From an uncultured Candidatus Saccharibacteria bacterium (GTDB taxonomy: Bacteria; Patescibacteriota; Saccharimonadia; Saccharimonadales; JALRHH01): 64,000 nt of DNA. Positions within the stretch are counted from its first letter, which is position 1, and every line of letters starts with the position of its first letter. The notes under the pieces are model-generated. The model searched no databases. It had not been told where the DNA came from and worked only from the letters and a program-made list of their open reading frames with translations. The position numbers were made by a program, and so were the translations under genes. This document shows, one piece after another, positions 39,159 to 47,679 of the stretch. The DNA lies in contig CAYYUY010000002.1 of NCBI GenBank assembly GCA_964474995.1, forward strand, positions 35,755 to 99,754. The letters are read 5' to 3'.

Positions 39159-39796
39159 TACAGGTTAACCTCAATAGGCTGGCCATCAATCGGACGGAGA
39201 AATGTTGTTTCTGTGCTTGCGAGAATCTTTTCAAATCGATCATAACTCGACTGACGCCACTGCTCATTCCACATCCAATCGTGAACTGGTAAAACGTATC
39301 TTGGCTTAAGCTGCTCAATAATCTCGATAGCGCGAATGGTTGTTCCCCATGGTGCTTGAATTGGTAGCAAAAGAACGTCTTTTGTCTCTGTAAAATTATG
39401 CGAATCACCTGGGTAGGTTACGTGCCCATTCCAATGTGAAAGAAGATTCTGAACCTGTTCACCGAATGGCGCAACTGGCGCATGCTCAACGACCGTTACT
39501 GCAACGGCTTCCGACGACGCACCCGTCACGTTCTGAACACCCCATGCACGGAGATTATCTTGTGCATCTGGTGGCGCAAACCACTGGACATCAGGAAATT
39601 TGGTCGCAAGAGCACGCACGAATGACTCATCACAGTGATCACCATGTTTGTGACTCACGACAATTGTACCAAGATCTGGAAACGTCTCAAGATTGATCAG
39701 CCCACTTGCCCAACTAAAACTACCTGGGTCAAATAGTATAGCCTTATCACCATCCTCAACCAGCACACATGCATGTACGAACTTAGTAATTCTCAT
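39158..39796 (-). CDS. MBL-fold metallo-hydrolase
   Basis: VSHKHGDHCD (HxHxDH motif) and later His/Asp ligands. Confidence 0.7.
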   Translation of the reverse strand: MRITKFVHACVLVEDGDKAILFDPGSFSWASGLINLETFPDLGTIVVSHKHGDHCDESFVRALATKFPDVQWFAPPDAQDNLRAWGVQNVTGASSEAVAVTVVEHAPVAPFGEQVQNLLSHWNGHVTYPGDSHNFTETKDVLLLPIQAPWGTTIRAIEIIEQLKPRYVLPVHDWMWNEQWRQSSYDRFEKILASTETTFLRPIDGQPIEVNL

Positions 39797-39811
39797 CTTC
39801 GTTCCTCCAAT

Positions 39812-41326
39812 CTATTTGGCGAATTCGATAGCGCGAGTTTCACGGATAACGTTGACTTTGATGGTACCTGGGTACTGCATAGTACTCTCGATCTTGGTCG
39901 CGATATCACGAGCAAGCTTGATAGCAGTTAGGTCATCGATCTGGCCAGGTTTCACAAATACACGAACTTCACGTCCGGCGCTAATAGCATACGATTTCTC
40001 GATACCCGGGAAGCCATTAGCAACGTTTTCAAGTTCTTTCATGCGCTCTGCGAAGTTCTCGGCAGATACGTTACGCGCACCCGGACGAGCAGCGCTGATA
40101 GCGTCAACCACGCGGATAACAAGTGCTTCTGTAGTCGTGGCCTCAACGTCATCGTGGTGCTGTTCAGCAGCCAGGGCAACTTCTTCGGGAGCACCAAACT
40201 TGCGGAGCATTTCACCGCTAATATGGTGGTGCTTGCCTTCCATCTTGTGCGTCATAGCTTTGCCAAGGTCATGAACCAAGGCGGCATATTTGGCAGTTTT
40301 GACGTTAGCACCAACCTCTTCGGCAATGATGCCGGCAATGTGAGCCATCTCAGTACTGTGCTTCAGCACGTTCTGTCCATAACTGGTACGGAATTTCAGT
40401 TCACCCAGCAGCTGTACGATTTCTTTTGGAATACCGATGATGCCAACTTCACGAGTTGCATCTTCACCGGCGCGGGTAACTTCTTTTTCGACATTCTTCA
40501 TGGCCTTTTCGACAACTTCTTCGATGCGACCTGGGTGGATACGACCATCCTTCATCAGCATTTCGAGCGTCTGGCGAGCAACTTCACGGCGAACAGGATC
40601 AAATGAGCTCAAGATAATCATACCTGGGGTGTCGTCAACCATGATGTCGACACCAGTAGCGCGCTGCAAGGCCTGGATGTTACGACCTTCTTTACCGATG
40701 ATGCGGCCCTTCATTTCCTCGTCGAGGAGTTTGACGGCTGTCACGGTGCGTTCGGCAGTGACTTCACTTGCCATGCGCTCCATAGCTTCGACAATAATCG
40801 CTCCAGCTTTTTCTTCGGCAGTTTCACGCGCTTCATTCTGAAGCTTCACAATAAGGCCGGTCAGGTCATTGCGAATATCACGTTCTGTCATTTGCATCAG
40901 CTTGTCAGCAGCGTCAGTCTTTGTCAGCTTGGCGATTTTCTCAAGCTTTTCTTGCTGGCGGCCACGGATCTCACGGATTTCGTCCTTGAGTTGTTCAACC
41001 TCGGCTTCGCCTTTACGTAGTGACTCTGAACGCTTATCGATATCATCGAGTTTACGGTCGAGGTTTACCTCGCGGTCAAGTAGTCGCTGTTCAAGTGTTT
41101 TGAGCTCTTTGCGACGACTTTCCTCGAGCTTTCGAGCTTCATCACTTGCGCGATTTACTTCGTCGCGAGCCTCTTCAATTAATTTGGCTGATTCTTTTTT
41201 GGCCTTTGCCAAATCCTTTTCGGCTTGGCTAGCGGCAGAGCCGAGTTTACGCTTGGTAACGACATTATTCGCACCAAAACCGGCTACCACGCCAGCAATA
41301 GCAAGCACTATGGTAAGTGGTTCCAT
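39812..41326 (-). CDS. rny: Ribonuclease Y
   Basis: N-terminal TM, long coiled coil, KH domain (GRIIGKEGRNIQAL) and HD domain (HSTEMAHIAG...LVHDLGK). Confidence 0.92.
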   Translation of the reverse strand: MEPLTIVLAIAGVVAGFGANNVVTKRKLGSAASQAEKDLAKAKKESAKLIEEARDEVNRASDEARKLEESRRKELKTLEQRLLDREVNLDRKLDDIDKRSESLRKGEAEVEQLKDEIREIRGRQQEKLEKIAKLTKTDAADKLMQMTERDIRNDLTGLIVKLQNEARETAEEKAGAIIVEAMERMASEVTAERTVTAVKLLDEEMKGRIIGKEGRNIQALQRATGVDIMVDDTPGMIILSSFDPVRREVARQTLEMLMKDGRIHPGRIEEVVEKAMKNVEKEVTRAGEDATREVGIIGIPKEIVQLLGELKFRTSYGQNVLKHSTEMAHIAGIIAEEVGANVKTAKYAALVHDLGKAMTHKMEGKHHHISGEMLRKFGAPEEVALAAEQHHDDVEATTTEALVIRVVDAISAARPGARNVSAENFAERMKELENVANGFPGIEKSYAISAGREVRVFVKPGQIDDLTAIKLARDIATKIESTMQYPGTIKVNVIRETRAIEFAK

Positions 41327-41507
41327 ACAGTTTCTCCTATCGATACTAGTGCTGACGGACGGCGATCACTATCACTTCATTAGCCCCACGACGCACTAGA
41401 AAAACAAAATTTAATACAGTTGACTAACTTCCCTAAAACTCTCAAAGTTCAGTCTGATTTAACTATACGCCGGTGCGTAGGATATACACAATATTAATTA
41501 CTTGTTT

Positions 41508-42521
41508 TTAGAGTTGTGACGCCCAAACGGCAATGCGATCTTCAAATTGATTGCTTCTGACATTGAACCTGCCAGTATTGGCTATAAGGTTAAGCCCTGG
41601 CTTGCCCTGCTCGGCAGCGGCTGATAGCTCTTGCATGTTCACTTTATCGGCGGGGTACGACTTGGTTTTGATGATTTTATAATCAATCGTGATGCCATCA
41701 CCTTTTTCGATCTGGATCAGATCACCAGCGACGAGACTGCTGAGTCCAGACAGTACGCCTGGTTGTGACGGACCAGAAACATAGCCGTTCAGTAGCATGA
41801 CACCCGGCTCTCCTGGTTTGGCAGAGTTTGCTAACCATCCCACATCATGCGTGTTATTTGTGGGTGTGGGCTCGCCACTAAAACCGGTAGAAACCGGGAA
41901 GATGCGGGCTTGCACACCCATACGCTGAATCCGAATGACTTTCGGTTTGTCGGCACTGGTCTTATACGCCGTCACTGTCGCAATGGTTACTGGCGTTTCG
42001 TCTGCACCGATATTACTTGGATTGGTTGATGCACCAAGTGCGGCCGAAACTGCTGGTTGGTCATTGACCTTACCACTCGTTATGTGACGAGTTGCGTACA
42101 CAATACTCGCGCCCACACCGCCAACCACAATTGCAATCGCTGTTCCAAGTACGAATGCCTTTAGCTGTTGCTTACGTTCAGTACGAATTAATTTCTGATG
42201 ATGCGCAGCATGAGCTGTCATATGTCGCTTCAGGACCAGCGATTTGCCTTGTCTTGGGAGGGCTGGCTTGTGACCGGAGACAGTTCGTGTTTTTTTGGCA
42301 CGAATAACTTCATTGCCCATAGCTGGTCGTGATTGTAGGGGTGGGGCAACAGAGTTGGTTGGTTGGGGTGGTTTGTTGTGGTGTGCTGGAGATTTAGTGA
42401 TTGAGCGAACGTCACTACTAGCTCGTGGAACTACACGTCGCGGTTGATAACGGCTACCAAGCTCGGGCATGACAAAACTACGCCCAGAGGACTGTTTGTG
42501 CGAGTTATATTCGTCTGCCAT
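41508..42521 (-). CDS. Sortase-fold protein lacking catalytic His and Cys (pseudo-sortase), membrane-anchored
   Basis: The C-terminal domain aligns to class F-type sortases (VGW...KPGEPG...AGDLIQI...DRIAVWA). However, GH is GY (LLNGYVSG) and TLxTC is LIANTG. Confidence 0.55.
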   Translation of the reverse strand: MADEYNSHKQSSGRSFVMPELGSRYQPRRVVPRASSDVRSITKSPAHHNKPPQPTNSVAPPLQSRPAMGNEVIRAKKTRTVSGHKPALPRQGKSLVLKRHMTAHAAHHQKLIRTERKQQLKAFVLGTAIAIVVGGVGASIVYATRHITSGKVNDQPAVSAALGASTNPSNIGADETPVTIATVTAYKTSADKPKVIRIQRMGVQARIFPVSTGFSGEPTPTNNTHDVGWLANSAKPGEPGVMLLNGYVSGPSQPGVLSGLSSLVAGDLIQIEKGDGITIDYKIIKTKSYPADKVNMQELSAAAEQGKPGLNLIANTGRFNVRSNQFEDRIAVWASQL

Positions 42522-42656
42522 TTTTTTTGCTTAGAGCCTTTTCTGACCACAAGCACTACCCTTGTGACACACTCTACCTCTTTTTGTTAAGCACTAACTG
42601 CTTATGACTATAGTATTTTTTACATAATTGTCAACAAACAGCGATGTTACGCGCCA

Positions 42657-43049
42657 CTACTTTTTCTGTTGGGTGATATGGGCATCTGCGCCATAGAATG
42701 GCAGTGCTATTTTATCCGTCTCACCAGCAAGCACTCGAGTAATACCGGTTTCGAGCCATTTTGGATCTTGTGACGTAATGACTGGGACATCAAGACTATA
42801 GCTCAGCGTATTACTGACAGTCAGCCCGATCCGAAGACCCGTAAAACTTCCAGGGCCCTGGAAGCACACGATACCACCGATATCATGCCAATCTTTTTGC
42901 TGCGTCTGTAGGAGCGCTTCGATTTTCTGCAGCAACGTCTCGGCAAGTGTGCGGTGTGCATGCCAGACTTCGTATGCCAGCTGTGTTCGGTCATTGTACA
43001 GTCCGATTTCAGCTTCTGGTTTATCGGTGCGAATCGTAAGAATAATCAT
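42657..43049 (-). CDS. tsaB: TsaB-like protein, N-terminal half only (130 aa)
   Basis: ILTIRTD...GIVCFQGPGSFTGLRIGLTVSNTL is the TsaB/YeaZ N-terminal ASKHA subdomain. The ORF ends where the second subdomain normally begins. Confidence 0.65.
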   Translation of the reverse strand: MIILTIRTDKPEAEIGLYNDRTQLAYEVWHAHRTLAETLLQKIEALLQTQQKDWHDIGGIVCFQGPGSFTGLRIGLTVSNTLSYSLDVPVITSQDPKWLETGITRVLAGETDKIALPFYGADAHITQQKK

Positions 43050-43519
43050 AGTGACTCCACTAAGTAACTAAGTTCTTCAGGATAACTCAGGGTTAGTTTG
43101 CGAGTATCTTCCCCGGTATTTTGAATTGCAATCGAGAGCCGCTCTTCGGGCAAGGCATGCGAGACTACAGCTCCCCACTCAATAACGACTACAATCTTAG
43201 GGTCACCAATCAAATCTTGTAATTCGTATGCTGCCAAGCCAGCATCCTGCAGACGATAAAAATCAAAGTGATGAACTTCAAACTTTGCTGTCTTATATAC
43301 TTTGCTAATCGTAAACGTGGGACTAGCAACATGATCATGGCTACCAAGTGCCGTCACCATGCCACGAGTAAATGTCGTCTTGCCACCCCCAAGATCACTG
43401 ACAAGTTCAATAACCTCACCGCCCCGCAGATTCTGTGCGAGCCGCCCGGCGAGTTGCTCGGTATTGCCTGCTTTTGTAGATTCGATTTCCAATGTCTTGG
43501 CGATACTCATATCCTGCAT
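43046..43519 (-). CDS. tsaE: tRNA t6A biosynthesis ATPase TsaE
   Basis: LVSDLGGGKTTFTRG Walker A, SPTFT, HFDFYRL motifs. It overlaps the upstream gene's 3' end by about 100 nt. Confidence 0.8.
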   Translation of the reverse strand: MQDMSIAKTLEIESTKAGNTEQLAGRLAQNLRGGEVIELVSDLGGGKTTFTRGMVTALGSHDHVASPTFTISKVYKTAKFEVHHFDFYRLQDAGLAAYELQDLIGDPKIVVVIEWGAVVSHALPEERLSIAIQNTGEDTRKLTLSYPEELSYLVESL

Positions 43520-44975
43520 ATACTACCGCAAGAACTCCTGCGGCCACAAGGATGCCAGTGTGTACTGGTGGTACTACATCCGCCGTAGCCGGATATGTGG
43601 GTGTTTTTGCGGTTGTCTTGGCAGCTGCTTTGGTTGTCTTTGCGACCGGCTTTTTGGTGGTCGTTGCCGCCTTCACCGCCGTTACCTTCTTTGTGGCTAC
43701 CTTGGCCTTAGCCACTTTGGCAACGGCAGCAGTCTTAATCAAGGGAACTGGAGTAGTCAACATGTTTGGCTGCATTGGCGTCGGTGTTGTAGTCCATGCC
43801 CACGTCGCATTGATAAGCGCCCATGATTGCCCTTCAGGTGCATCAGCATATTCATCAGTCTGCACTATAACGATGCCATTTTGATCGAGCAGGCGGGCAT
43901 GCCCACCACTATTTGCAAGTGACAAGGTTGAGCCGCCACTCGTTACCACAACGTATGATCCGGCCGGAATCGTCAGGTTATTCAGTAAAAAATGGTAGCT
44001 GTCTTTGGAGCCAGTTTCGAGGGTATATCCATCAAGGTTCAATGCTTGGTCGTTTGGGTTATACAGCTCAACGAATTCATCGATATCGTCAGTTGTTGGT
44101 GCAGCTGGGTTTGGGAGTAGCTCAGTAATTTGTGGTGGCAACAAAACGACTTCAGGCTGCACTGGCTGATCTACGATGGGATCGTCGACAGGTGGAACAT
44201 CTACTGTTGTCGGATCATCGACAGGCGGATCTGTTGGTTGATCGACTGGGTCGTCAGTTGTGGGCGGGTCATCAATTGGCACAGGGTCTGCTAGCACGAG
44301 TTGCCAAGCTGCTTTTGGTGTTATCTCAGTACTGTCTCCGTCAATAAAACCGACCAACTTGTTGGTCTCATCAAGGTAGGTATTGTCTTCGTTCATCTGG
44401 CGCTGCAAGCTACCGCGCGCCGTATGGGGTGCGTAGAAGTCTGGAGCCAAAGTAGCGCCGGCCGGTACGACAAGCCATCCGACCCGGTCTATATCTACAA
44501 TGCTTTTATCAATCGTATTGACCGTTACAAGACGTATGCCTCCGCCGGTATTTGCCAGACGATCTGAGTAATTCTGATCTGCATCGATGCTACCCGGGAA
44601 ATAGCCCGTGCTGCTAAGCAAATAAAATCCGTGTGCGGGGATAACACCCGTCAACGAAATGGTACTGCTCGGGTCTGTGGTTGCCCAGCTAAACGTTGCT
44701 GCTGAAACTTTGGTGCTGCTGAATTGCTGCAATTTCCAGGTGAATCCCTGCATCGCATTTGTGTCTGCAAGATCAATGTCTGCATCGCTCGCGTTATATA
44801 GTTCAATAAATTCCTGACTAGCCGTATCGTTGCCCGTCTGTATTTCGGTGATAAACACGTCTGGCATGGCTGGGTCGGTAGCCGTATCGGCCATAACAGG
44901 ACTGGCAAGTGCCAGGACCATAAGAAAACACATCATAATATTTATAAATAGATAAATATTTCTGCTGCGCACCAT
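43416..44975 (-). CDS. Secreted, C-terminally anchored protein with two lamin-tail (LTD) domains, an acidic Pro/Asp/Thr linker and a Lys/Ala/Thr-rich basic tract
   Basis: Signal peptide. FITEIQTG...EFIELYN and ITELLPNP...EFVELYNP are LTD N-terminal signatures. Basic tract KTAAVAKVAKAKVATKKVTAVKAATTTKKPVAKTTKAAAKTTAK, followed by a TM. Confidence 0.65.
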   Translation of the reverse strand: MVRSRNIYLFINIMMCFLMVLALASPVMADTATDPAMPDVFITEIQTGNDTASQEFIELYNASDADIDLADTNAMQGFTWKLQQFSSTKVSAATFSWATTDPSSTISLTGVIPAHGFYLLSSTGYFPGSIDADQNYSDRLANTGGGIRLVTVNTIDKSIVDIDRVGWLVVPAGATLAPDFYAPHTARGSLQRQMNEDNTYLDETNKLVGFIDGDSTEITPKAAWQLVLADPVPIDDPPTTDDPVDQPTDPPVDDPTTVDVPPVDDPIVDQPVQPEVVLLPPQITELLPNPAAPTTDDIDEFVELYNPNDQALNLDGYTLETGSKDSYHFLLNNLTIPAGSYVVVTSGGSTLSLANSGGHARLLDQNGIVIVQTDEYADAPEGQSWALINATWAWTTTPTPMQPNMLTTPVPLIKTAAVAKVAKAKVATKKVTAVKAATTTKKPVAKTTKAAAKTTAKTPTYPATADVVPPVHTGILVAAGVLAVVYAGYEYRQDIGNRIYKSRQYRATRRAARTESAGR

Positions 44976-45052
44976 AAGCGGTATTGTAATACCAACTGAA
45001 ATTGACGCAAACCGTTATCCACAGTAAGTTGTAGCGTATAATAATATCAATC

Positions 45053-45571
45053 ATGCTAAAGCTCTCAGCCGCACTCCTCAACCAGCCAATTATGAGTCTC
45101 CGAACAGGGGCACCAGTCGCCACGACTGAAAGTCTGATCATCAACCCAAACAACCTCAAAATTGAAGGTTTCTATTGCATTGACAGGTTCAATGGGCAGC
45201 GACTGATTTTGCTTCAGCAAGACATCCGTGACATCATGCCACAAGGCATAGCTATCAATGATCACGACGTCCTAAGTGAGCCAGAAGACCTTATCCGACT
45301 ACAGGACACACTCAAAATAAACTTCCAGATTCTTGGTAAATCCGTTGTTACGGATGCCAAAAAGCGACTCGGAAAAGTGAACGACTTTGCAGCTGACAGC
45401 CAAAGTTTGTATATCCAGAAAATCTACGTCAGCCAGTCAGTCTTCAAGAGCTTTAGCGGCGGCCAGCTCAGCATTGACCGAGATCAAGTGATCGAGATAA
45501 CACCCCACAAAATCGTCGTACAAGATCCCCTACAACTCACCCGTGCTAGCTTGCCTGCTGCTGCAGCTTAG
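45053..45571 (+). CDS. PRC-barrel-like protein (two repeats)
   Basis: Two similar halves (LLNQPIMSLRTGAPVA... and ILGKSVVTDAKKRLGKV...) resemble YlmC/PRC-barrel repeats. This is a weak call. Confidence 0.4.
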   Translation: MLKLSAALLNQPIMSLRTGAPVATTESLIINPNNLKIEGFYCIDRFNGQRLILLQQDIRDIMPQGIAINDHDVLSEPEDLIRLQDTLKINFQILGKSVVTDAKKRLGKVNDFAADSQSLYIQKIYVSQSVFKSFSGGQLSIDRDQVIEITPHKIVVQDPLQLTRASLPAAAA

Positions 45572-46182
45572 TAGTCTTCGTCTACCGGATTTGATAGCAC
45601 GCTCTTAATGTCATCATATGAGTAGCCTTGCCTGGCAAGGTACTGCATAAACTTTGATTGGTCAGGATAGCGAGATTGTTTCTTGAGTACTAACTCACGA
45701 AGGACTTCACGCTCATCAGTGACATCTTTGTCTTCACCAAGTACCTGATCAATCACCTCACTGCTCACTCGTTTTTGCTTGAGCTCTAGTGTTAACTTTC
45801 GGCGACTCGTTGGCTTGAGCAATCGTCGGTTCTCAACCCACATCCGAGCAAATGCCTCGTCATCCAAATATCGTCGTTCATAGAGCCTTGCAACAATTGC
45901 ATCAACAAACTCAGGTTCGTATTCTTTACGCTTCAAGAAATCGCGAATTTCCCACTCACTGCGAGCACGCCGGGCGATCAAATGAAGCGTACGATTGTAG
46001 CCTTTGTCGATTTTGGCCGTGTCTTTGAGCTCTGCCAGACGAGCCTCATCAAGTTCTAGGCCAATTTTGATACCACTATCGATAAGTGCCGATTCACTCA
46101 GGCCAAAACTAAACTTGCCATCTACAAAAATTGAATAGCGGCCGGCCTGCTTGACCTGTTGTTTGATGGCGGTGATTTTCAC
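45568..46182 (-). CDS. recX: Recombination regulator RecX
   Basis: Three helical RecX repeats (RARSEWEIRDFLKRKEY..., ...VENRRLLKPTSRRKLTLELKQKRV...). It is positioned downstream of recA in the same operon. Confidence 0.75.
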   Translation of the reverse strand: MKITAIKQQVKQAGRYSIFVDGKFSFGLSESALIDSGIKIGLELDEARLAELKDTAKIDKGYNRTLHLIARRARSEWEIRDFLKRKEYEPEFVDAIVARLYERRYLDDEAFARMWVENRRLLKPTSRRKLTLELKQKRVSSEVIDQVLGEDKDVTDEREVLRELVLKKQSRYPDQSKFMQYLARQGYSYDDIKSVLSNPVDEDY

Positions 46183-46496
46183 GTCCAGTTGCGCTGACTG
46201 TTTTTTGCTTCTTTGTCTAAGAAAGCTTTTTCAAGATCAATACCAAGATCAACACATATATCCAATAATAGGATAAATACATCGGCTGCCTCGTCTGCCA
46301 AATCTTGTTGCCGCGCATTATCTGCCAGCTTTATGCCCGCAGACTTTCGAGCCGCTTTTGCAAACTCGCCAGCTTCCTCAAGCAGCAACATAAATCGTTG
46401 CGATATCGTTTCGTCATCAAAACCACGCTCAATGAGCATCGCTTCAACATATCGCTGAATTGTTGGCAACGATGATCCTTGAGGAGGTAATTTCAT
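46179..46496 (-). CDS. MazG-like nucleotide pyrophosphohydrolase
   Basis: LLEEAGEFAKAARK and LADEAADVFILLLDI (EExxE/D metal-binding helices). Confidence 0.7.
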   Translation of the reverse strand: MKLPPQGSSLPTIQRYVEAMLIERGFDDETISQRFMLLLEEAGEFAKAARKSAGIKLADNARQQDLADEAADVFILLLDICVDLGIDLEKAFLDKEAKNSQRNWT

Positions 46497-46502
46497 GCTA
46501 TT

Positions 46503-47543
46503 TTAGTCTGCTTTGGTCGCGGCCACACGAACCTTTTTCTCGATCTCAGCCATGACTTTTGGATTGTCCTGGAGATACTGCTTTGAAGCTTCACGGCCTT
46601 GGCCAATTTTGGCATCATTGTAGGCAAACCATGCACCAGATTTCTCTACGATCTCGTGAACAACAGCAAGGTCGAGGATATCACCAGCCTTGGAAATACC
46701 TTGGTTGTACATGATATCGAATTCAGCTTCACGGAATGGCGGTGCAATTTTGTTCTTGACTACCTTTACGCGAGTTCGGTTACCAACCACGGCGTCACCA
46801 GCTTTGATCTGCGCAATACGACGAATATCCATACGAACTGAAGCGTAGAATTTGAGCGCGTTACCACCAGTGGTGGTTTCTGGGTTGCCAAACATCACAC
46901 CAATCTTCATACGAATCTGGTTGATGAAGATAACAGTGGTGTTGCTGCGTGAGATTACACCAGTCAACTTACGAAGCGCCTGGCTCATCAATCGAGCCTG
47001 GAGGCCCATGTGTGAATCACCCATGTCACCTTCAATTTCGGCGCGTGGTACGAGAGCCGCAACAGAGTCGACAACAATCAAGTCAACAGCGTTGGAGCGT
47101 ACTAACGTCTCAGTGATTTCAAGCGCTTGCTCTCCGTTGTCTGGCTGGCTGAGCAGTAGATTTTCGACATCAACACCAATGCGCTTGGCGTACGAAGGAT
47201 CAAGTGCGTGCTCAGCATCAATAAAGGCCGCTGTACCGCCGGCTTTTTGGATTTCAGCAATTGCATGAAGTGTCAGTGTTGTCTTGCCTGAGCTTTCAGG
47301 ACCATAGATCTCAACAATACGTCCCTTTGGAATACCACCACCGAGCGCAAGGTCAAGTGACAAGCTGCCAGATGGTGTCGTCTCAACGTTAACGGTGTGG
47401 CCAACGCCAAGCTTCATGATAGAACCTTTACCAAATTGCTTCTCGATTGATTCGAGCGCAAGGCCTAATGCCTTTTGCTTACCAGTTGGCTCGGCAGTCG
47501 GTTTGACGGTTGGTTTGGTCTTGCTGTCTTTCGTGTCTGCCAT
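46503..47543 (-). CDS. recA: Recombinase A
   Basis: GPESSGKTT Walker [18 protein letters not shown] and full-length colinearity. The start was set at MADTKD, preceded by AAGGGGAG. Confidence 0.95.
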   Translation of the reverse strand: MADTKDSKTKPTVKPTAEPTGKQKALGLALESIEKQFGKGSIMKLGVGHTVNVETTPSGSLSLDLALGGGIPKGRIVEIYGPESSGKTTLTLHAIAEIQKAGGTAAFIDAEHALDPSYAKRIGVDVENLLLSQPDNGEQALEITETLVRSNAVDLIVVDSVAALVPRAEIEGDMGDSHMGLQARLMSQALRKLTGVISRSNTTVIFINQIRMKIGVMFGNPETTTGGNALKFYASVRMDIRRIAQIKAGDAVVGNRTRVKVVKNKIAPPFREAEFDIMYNQGISKAGDILDLAVVHEIVEKSGAWFAYNDAKIGQGREASKQYLQDNPKVMAEIEKKVRVAATKAD

Positions 47544-47679
47544 GTGGCGATGCTCCCCTTCTAGTAGTTGTCGATGCGTTTGTAGACTCCAGTATACCAA
47601 ATATGCCGGACGAGTCTGTAAGCTTCTGCAGATTAGCTCTTACATTGGTTATGGTTATTCTTTATAATACAAACCAACT

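Noticed and set aside
39693-41399. ORFs 39693-40274, 40154-40606, 40437-40841 and 40869-41399 on the plus strand
   Set aside because: They are antisense to rny and the MBL hydrolase. Their Ser/Arg-rich compositions mirror the Glu/Lys-rich coiled coil of RNase Y.
43359-44347. Plus-strand ORFs 43359-43826, 43492-43884 and 44132-44347
   Set aside because: They are antisense to the LTD protein gene. Their repetitive Ala/Val/Thr or Leu/Arg compositions mirror its Lys/Ala/Thr and Pro/Asp tracts.
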